Made by a program: the position numbers and the translations under genes | The notes under the pieces: generated by a model | The model's database searches: none | Told to the model about the DNA's origin: nothing | Seen by the model: the letters and a program-made list of their open reading frames with translations, nothing else | Shown here: piece by piece, positions 59,508 to 64,000 of the stretch | How the letters are laid out: the number at the start of each line of letters is the position of its first letter | Numbering within the stretch: the stretch's first letter is position 1 | Assembly: GCA_965215265.1 (NCBI GenBank) | Contig: OZ244048.1 | Location: 4,448,001-4,512,000, forward strand | From: Candidatus Poribacteria bacterium | GTDB taxonomy: Bacteria > Poribacteria > WGA-4E > WGA-3G | DNA length: 64,000 nt | Reading direction: 5' to 3'

Positions 59508-60647
59508 CTGGCACACGCATATACACCCGGACTTAAAGTGACAGAACAGATGACGATTCGGAAAGAGAGATGTCTCCCCTTACAAGGCGAAGTTCTCGTA
59601 CAAGTCGGAGACATCGTAACAGCCGAAGATGTCATCGCAAAAACCGATTTGCCCGGTAACGTTCAACTGCTAAATATTGCGAATCTGCTCAGTATTCCGC
59701 CTGCTGACATCGCAGAATACATGGTAAAACCTGTCGGCGAAACCGTCGCGAAAGATGAGATTATCGCCATGACAAAAGGGCTCTTCGGACTTTTCAAATC
59801 GCAGGCACGTTCACCAATTGATGGTACCATTGAAGCAGTATCCGATGTCACTGGACAGGCGATCTTGCGTGAACCGCCCATTCCAGTTGAGGTGATGGCA
59901 CATATAGATGGCACCATCATTGAAACGGACGCACAGGAGGGTGCTACTGTGGAAACTTACGGTACCTATATTCAAGGTATCTTCGGAGTCGGTGGCGAAA
60001 CGATAGGGCAACTTATTAGTGCGGTTGGTTCACCAGACGATACTTTGACAGATGCGCAAATACAATCCGCGCATCGGCACGCTATTTTAGTCGGTGGTTC
60101 CCTAGTCACCACATCTGCAATTCACGCTGCAATTCAGCACGGTGTTAAAGGCATCATCGCCGGCGGTATTGATGATGCCGACCTGCGGGAACTCCTCGGA
60201 TATGAGCTCGGTGTCGCTATTACAGGTTCTGAAAATATCGGGCTCACGCTGGTTATCACTGAAGGGTTCGGTGACATCGCAATGGCGGAGCAGACCTTCG
60301 CGCTCCTAAAGGCGCGAGAAGGCATGAAAACTTCTATCAACGGAGCAACACAGATTCGAGCCGGCGTTGTCAGACCAGAGATTCTCATTCCATTGCCACC
60401 GGATACTCGTGAAGGAACCTCAGAACCAACCCGCATTGCATCTACCGAAGGCATTTTGGAAATTGGGACACCTGTGCGGATTATTCGCGAACCCTACTTC
60501 GGAAGATTAGGCAATGTCACGGAACTACCGGTAGCACTTCAAAAATTGGAAACAGAAGCAGACGTTCGGGTGTTGCAAGTTAAGCTCGCAGAAGGACAAA
60601 CGATTACCTTGCCGCGTGCGAATGTTGAAACAATTTTTCGTATATAG
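59508..60647 (+). CDS. conserved hypothetical protein (barrel-sandwich repeats, C-terminal KOW-like), family I recall beside GlmL-type genes
   Basis: (CTG)AHAYTPGLKV after GGAG RBS; QGIFGVGGE, TEGFG, QIRAGVVRPEI, VRIIREPYFG. Family link is from memory. Confidence 0.8.
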   Translation: MAHAYTPGLKVTEQMTIRKERCLPLQGEVLVQVGDIVTAEDVIAKTDLPGNVQLLNIANLLSIPPADIAEYMVKPVGETVAKDEIIAMTKGLFGLFKSQARSPIDGTIEAVSDVTGQAILREPPIPVEVMAHIDGTIIETDAQEGATVETYGTYIQGIFGVGGETIGQLISAVGSPDDTLTDAQIQSAHRHAILVGGSLVTTSAIHAAIQHGVKGIIAGGIDDADLRELLGYELGVAITGSENIGLTLVITEGFGDIAMAEQTFALLKAREGMKTSINGATQIRAGVVRPEILIPLPPDTREGTSEPTRIASTEGILEIGTPVRIIREPYFGRLGNVTELPVALQKLETEADVRVLQVKLAEGQTITLPRANVETIFRI

Positions 60648-60667
60648 GAGCCCAATACGGATTGATG

Positions 60668-60724
60668 TGGCAGGATAGGTTTTCTTTTTCTGTCCATGAG
60701 AAAAGATTACCTTTTACCTGCCAT
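60668..60724. repeat. intergenic hairpin related to 59421-59482
   Basis: TGGCAGGATAGGTTTTCTTT...CCTGCCA. Confidence 0.7.
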
Positions 60725-60942
60725 CTATAGATATTGATAACCTTAGCATAAATCTCGTTCTTCTGTATACAGAAGCCCAATAAAGGCTGCTGCTATGTTC
60801 TTGTATATCTCCGTACCATTAACGTCTATGTAATGATAGCTCGTGTGTAAATCTCGTCGGAGCCTTCCGATGTTTAGATTTAAAAGACTATACCGAGTTA
60901 ACCTCCGCCGAGATGTACATCGGATTTAACAATACATAACCC

Positions 60943-61953
60943 TTGATGGGGCTGAAAGATACAAAAAACGGAGATATACAGATAGTGCTACATTCGACAT
61001 CGAAAGTCACAGTCGTTGGAAGTTTGAACGCCGACCTGGTTATTCAAGCCGACCGTCACCCATTCAAAGGGGAAACCCTCATCGGCGATGGATTTGACAT
61101 CTTCACCGGAGGAAAAGGGTTTAATCAAGCAACTGCAGCGGCGAGACTTGGAGCCGACATCACCCTTATCGGTAGCGTTGGTACAGATCTTTTCGGAGAT
61201 ATGCTCCTCGCAGCGACTGCTGCTGAGCAGATGAATACCCGAATCCGACGGGTGGAAGAAGGCACCGGTGTGGCAAGTATCGTCATTGAGCCAGATGGGG
61301 ACAATAGCATCATCGTTGTACCACGCGCCAACATGGCACTAACAATAGCAGATATAAACGCAGCGACAGACACTATTGCTGAATCAGATGTCCTGCTTTT
61401 ACAATTAGAGACACCGATTACGGCTTCTGAATCCGCTGCACAAATTGCAAAGGCGAACGGCACAACCGTGCTACTCAATCCAGCACCCGCACAACCTTTG
61501 CCGGACAGCCTACTCACAAACGTTGATATTATCATTCCAAACCAATCTGAAACAGAACTGTTAACAGGGATGCAGGCGAACACACTTAAAGAGGCGTGCC
61601 GCGCTGCACAAGCACTCATCACCCGATTAGATGATGCTGCACCCGCCGCTATTGTGTTGACGCTTGGAGCGCATGGTGCCTTACTGATGACACCCACAAT
61701 GTCCGAAACCATTGATGCCCTCGCAGTTGATGCAGTCGATACCACAGGTGCGGGCGATGCTTTCTGCGGTGCATTGGCCACGGCACTCGCACGGGGGGAA
61801 CAGATACGCGAAGCTGTCGCTTACGCGAATGCAGCTGGCGCAGCAGCTGTTACCGTACTTGGAGCAACTCCCTCAATGCCGACATCCGAAAAAATTCAAC
61901 AGCTATTGGCTGATTCCAAGAAACGTAGCATAGAAACAGGAGAAAAACCATGA
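60943..61953 (+). CDS. rbsK: ribokinase
   Basis: VVGSLNAD, GGKGFNQA, LLQLE, LNPAP, PNQSE, DTTGAGDAF; start may be GTG near 60984. Confidence 0.93.
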   Translation: MMGLKDTKNGDIQIVLHSTSKVTVVGSLNADLVIQADRHPFKGETLIGDGFDIFTGGKGFNQATAAARLGADITLIGSVGTDLFGDMLLAATAAEQMNTRIRRVEEGTGVASIVIEPDGDNSIIVVPRANMALTIADINAATDTIAESDVLLLQLETPITASESAAQIAKANGTTVLLNPAPAQPLPDSLLTNVDIIIPNQSETELLTGMQANTLKEACRAAQALITRLDDAAPAAIVLTLGAHGALLMTPTMSETIDALAVDAVDTTGAGDAFCGALATALARGEQIREAVAYANAAGAAAVTVLGATPSMPTSEKIQQLLADSKKRSIETGEKP

Positions 61954-64000
61954 ACAGAAAAGCAGTCTGGCTTATCCTCTCAATATTGCTTTTGGCAATT
62001 GCTCTTGCAACCGCGGAAGAGAAATGGCAAGCGAATCTCAAAAAAGATTTCGCAAAGGTGTTAAGAGAAAAGAAAAAGCCGATAGAAAAACATCGCGAGC
62101 TCATCCGAAAGTATGAGAAAAAGGGGCAGCTTCACTACCTGATAACGCTGTACGAGGCAGAAAAACCGAATCATTCAAACGATGCGCCCTTCTATTACGG
62201 GATGGGTTACACCTATGCACTACAGACGGACAATCCCATCGAAAACCGCGATACCGCCATTACCTACTTTCAACACGCAATCCTAATTGACCCGGCACTA
62301 TTTTGGCCACACTTTAATCTCGGTGCTATCTATCAGCAGCGCAGCCAAGACGAATTAGCACTTGCTGAATTTGAGACCTGCACCCGATTAAACCCTAGCT
62401 ACTATCCTGTTTACTATCGAATGGGTGAGATTCAACTCAAACAGCACAACTACGCCGAGGCACTCCGTGCCTTTGAAACGGCGAATAACTTGAATCGGAA
62501 GTGGGAATATCCACGCTACGGCATCGGCTTGGTTCACTTCGCACAAGGTGATATCAACCTTGCGCGTGAAACGTTTGAGCAACTCACAAAAAAGAAGGAA
62601 AAATTTGCACCTGCCTATTTCAAACTCGGGCAGGTGCTGGCTACAGAAGGGTTCTTTGATGCCGCATTGGCAGAATACGCCAAGGGCGCGAAATATCAAG
62701 CATACTCTGCTCAAGAGGTCTACGAACTCGCCTCTATCTTTGATGAAGGTGGAAATTCGAAAGGGGCTATTAAATTGTATCAACGAACGCTTGAGCTCGA
62801 ATCCGATGAACGGCACGCCCAGGTGAATTGGAAGGCTAAAGCACATTTCGCACTTGGAGATAAACTCTATGCAAGCGGCGATACATTAACTGCCATCCAA
62901 CATTACCAACTAGCCATCGCTGATGTGCCATCGCTCAAGAATGTGCTCTTTGAACCGCTAGCAGCTTACTTTGATCGAACGATGTCTACGGGTGAAGCAA
63001 GAACGCTCCTAGATAAAACGATGGGTGTGTTACCTAACGATGCCCGTTCCTATTTTTACGCCGGTGTCATCGAAACAGATGCAGGCAACCTGGAACTCGC
63101 GATTGAGCATTACCAAAAAATAGTTGAAATCATAGAGGCGGATCCGAGTTATCTACAGATGGAACTCCTATCACAGACCGCTGCAAATTTGAATGAGGTT
63201 TACTTCAAACTCGGTGAGCTCTATCACCAGCAAGGCGATGCTGAATTGGCGCGCACCTACTTTAAGCGGGCAATAGAAATAAACCCTGAATTGGCAAACA
63301 TGTTTTTTGACGACGGACAGCGTGCTTTTGACGGCGGCAATTACGAGAAGGGGATTGAACCCTTAAACATCCATCTCCTCTTGTTTCCAGATGATATGGA
63401 TGCCCTCTATCTACTAGGGCAGAGTTACGAGGAGACCGGCGATGCAGAACGCGCCATACTGTTTTACGAACGGACACTCGCTTTAAATCCAGCGCGGCCG
63501 GACGTGCTTTTCAAGATGGTTCACATCTATCGGAAACAGCATGCGCACCAAAACGCCGTGGACGTTTTACTCAAAATCATTGCAATTGAATCTGACAATG
63601 CAGAGGCACACTATCTCTCTGCCCAGTCTTACCTTGAACTTAAGCAGCACGATGCGGCCCTCGCAGCGTTTATGGAAACGATACGCGTCGCACCTGAGAA
63701 TGTGGACGCGCACTATCAAGCAGGTCTATTATTTCAACACAAGGGTGATATTGACAACGCTATTGTGCAATATGAGCACACGATTCTGCTTGAGCCTACC
63801 GTAGCCGAACCATTTTTCCGACTCGGTGCTATCTATCGTGAACGTAACGACGAGGATAACATCATTCGCATTTATCAACCTGCATTGGAACTTGAACCGA
63901 ACCATCCTAAGCTTCAGTATCTGCTCGCAGGCATCTTTGACAAACGCGACGAGCGCGAAAAAGCGATTCACTACTACGGTTTGGCAAACCACTATGCCAC
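61950..64000 (+). CDS. secreted multi-TPR protein, running off the right edge
   Basis: Not in the ORF track. ATGA overlap with rbsK; MNRKAVWLILSILLLAIALATA signal; repeated AHFNLG, VYYRMG, AYFKLG, AHFALG, VYFKLG TPR motifs. Confidence 0.9.
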   Translation, partial: MNRKAVWLILSILLLAIALATAEEKWQANLKKDFAKVLREKKKPIEKHRELIRKYEKKGQLHYLITLYEAEKPNHSNDAPFYYGMGYTYALQTDNPIENRDTAITYFQHAILIDPALFWPHFNLGAIYQQRSQDELALAEFETCTRLNPSYYPVYYRMGEIQLKQHNYAEALRAFETANNLNRKWEYPRYGIGLVHFAQGDINLARETFEQLTKKKEKFAPAYFKLGQVLATEGFFDAALAEYAKGAKYQAYSAQEVYELASIFDEGGNSKGAIKLYQRTLELESDERHAQVNWKAKAHFALGDKLYASGDTLTAIQHYQLAIADVPSLKNVLFEPLAAYFDRTMSTGEARTLLDKTMGVLPNDARSYFYAGVIETDAGNLELAIEHYQKIVEIIEADPSYLQMELLSQTAANLNEVYFKLGELYHQQGDAELARTYFKRAIEINPELANMFFDDGQRAFDGGNYEKGIEPLNIHLLLFPDDMDALYLLGQSYEETGDAERAILFYERTLALNPARPDVLFKMVHIYRKQHAHQNAVDVLLKIIAIESDNAEAHYLSAQSYLELKQHDAALAAFMETIRVAPENVDAHYQAGLLFQHKGDIDNAIVQYEHTILLEPTVAEPFFRLGAIYRERNDEDNIIRIYQPALELEPNHPKLQYLLAGIFDKRDEREKAIHYYGLANHYA

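Noticed and set aside
62388-63992. Short ORFs at the right end
   Set aside because: Shadows of the long TPR frame starting at 61950.

Overview
Bacterial chromosomal window. The protein families (internalin-type LRR, TPR and HEAT proteins, PhyH dioxygenase, PorV-like barrel, CTD-bearing subtilase) resemble Candidatus Poribacteria; that assignment is an inference. Housekeeping genes (purL, purQ, kdgK, pgl, thiolase, dacB, cimA, two ferredoxins, mtnA, acetolactate synthase, dppA, rbsK) are interrupted by three accessory zones. Zone 1 (1-10.3 kb) is defence-like: HsdR, a UvrD helicase with an internal GIY-YIG domain, and a toxin-antitoxin operon. The leader of that operon holds a 28-nt repeat / 38-nt spacer / 28-nt repeat unit whose spacer matches the subtilase gene 26 kb away at 35 of 36 nt. 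Zone 2 (15.5-20.3 kb) is a decayed island with a hypervariable LRR gene. Zone 3 (39.7-53.8 kb) is an array of small secreted protein / hairpin / membrane-anchored acidic protein cassettes plus an STT3-like glycosyltransferase. It has four copies of a leader containing a sigma-54-type promoter and lies next to a sigma-54 activator with no sensor domain. A cold-shock domain fused to two Hfq-like domains is also present. No cas genes, rRNA or tRNA were recognised.
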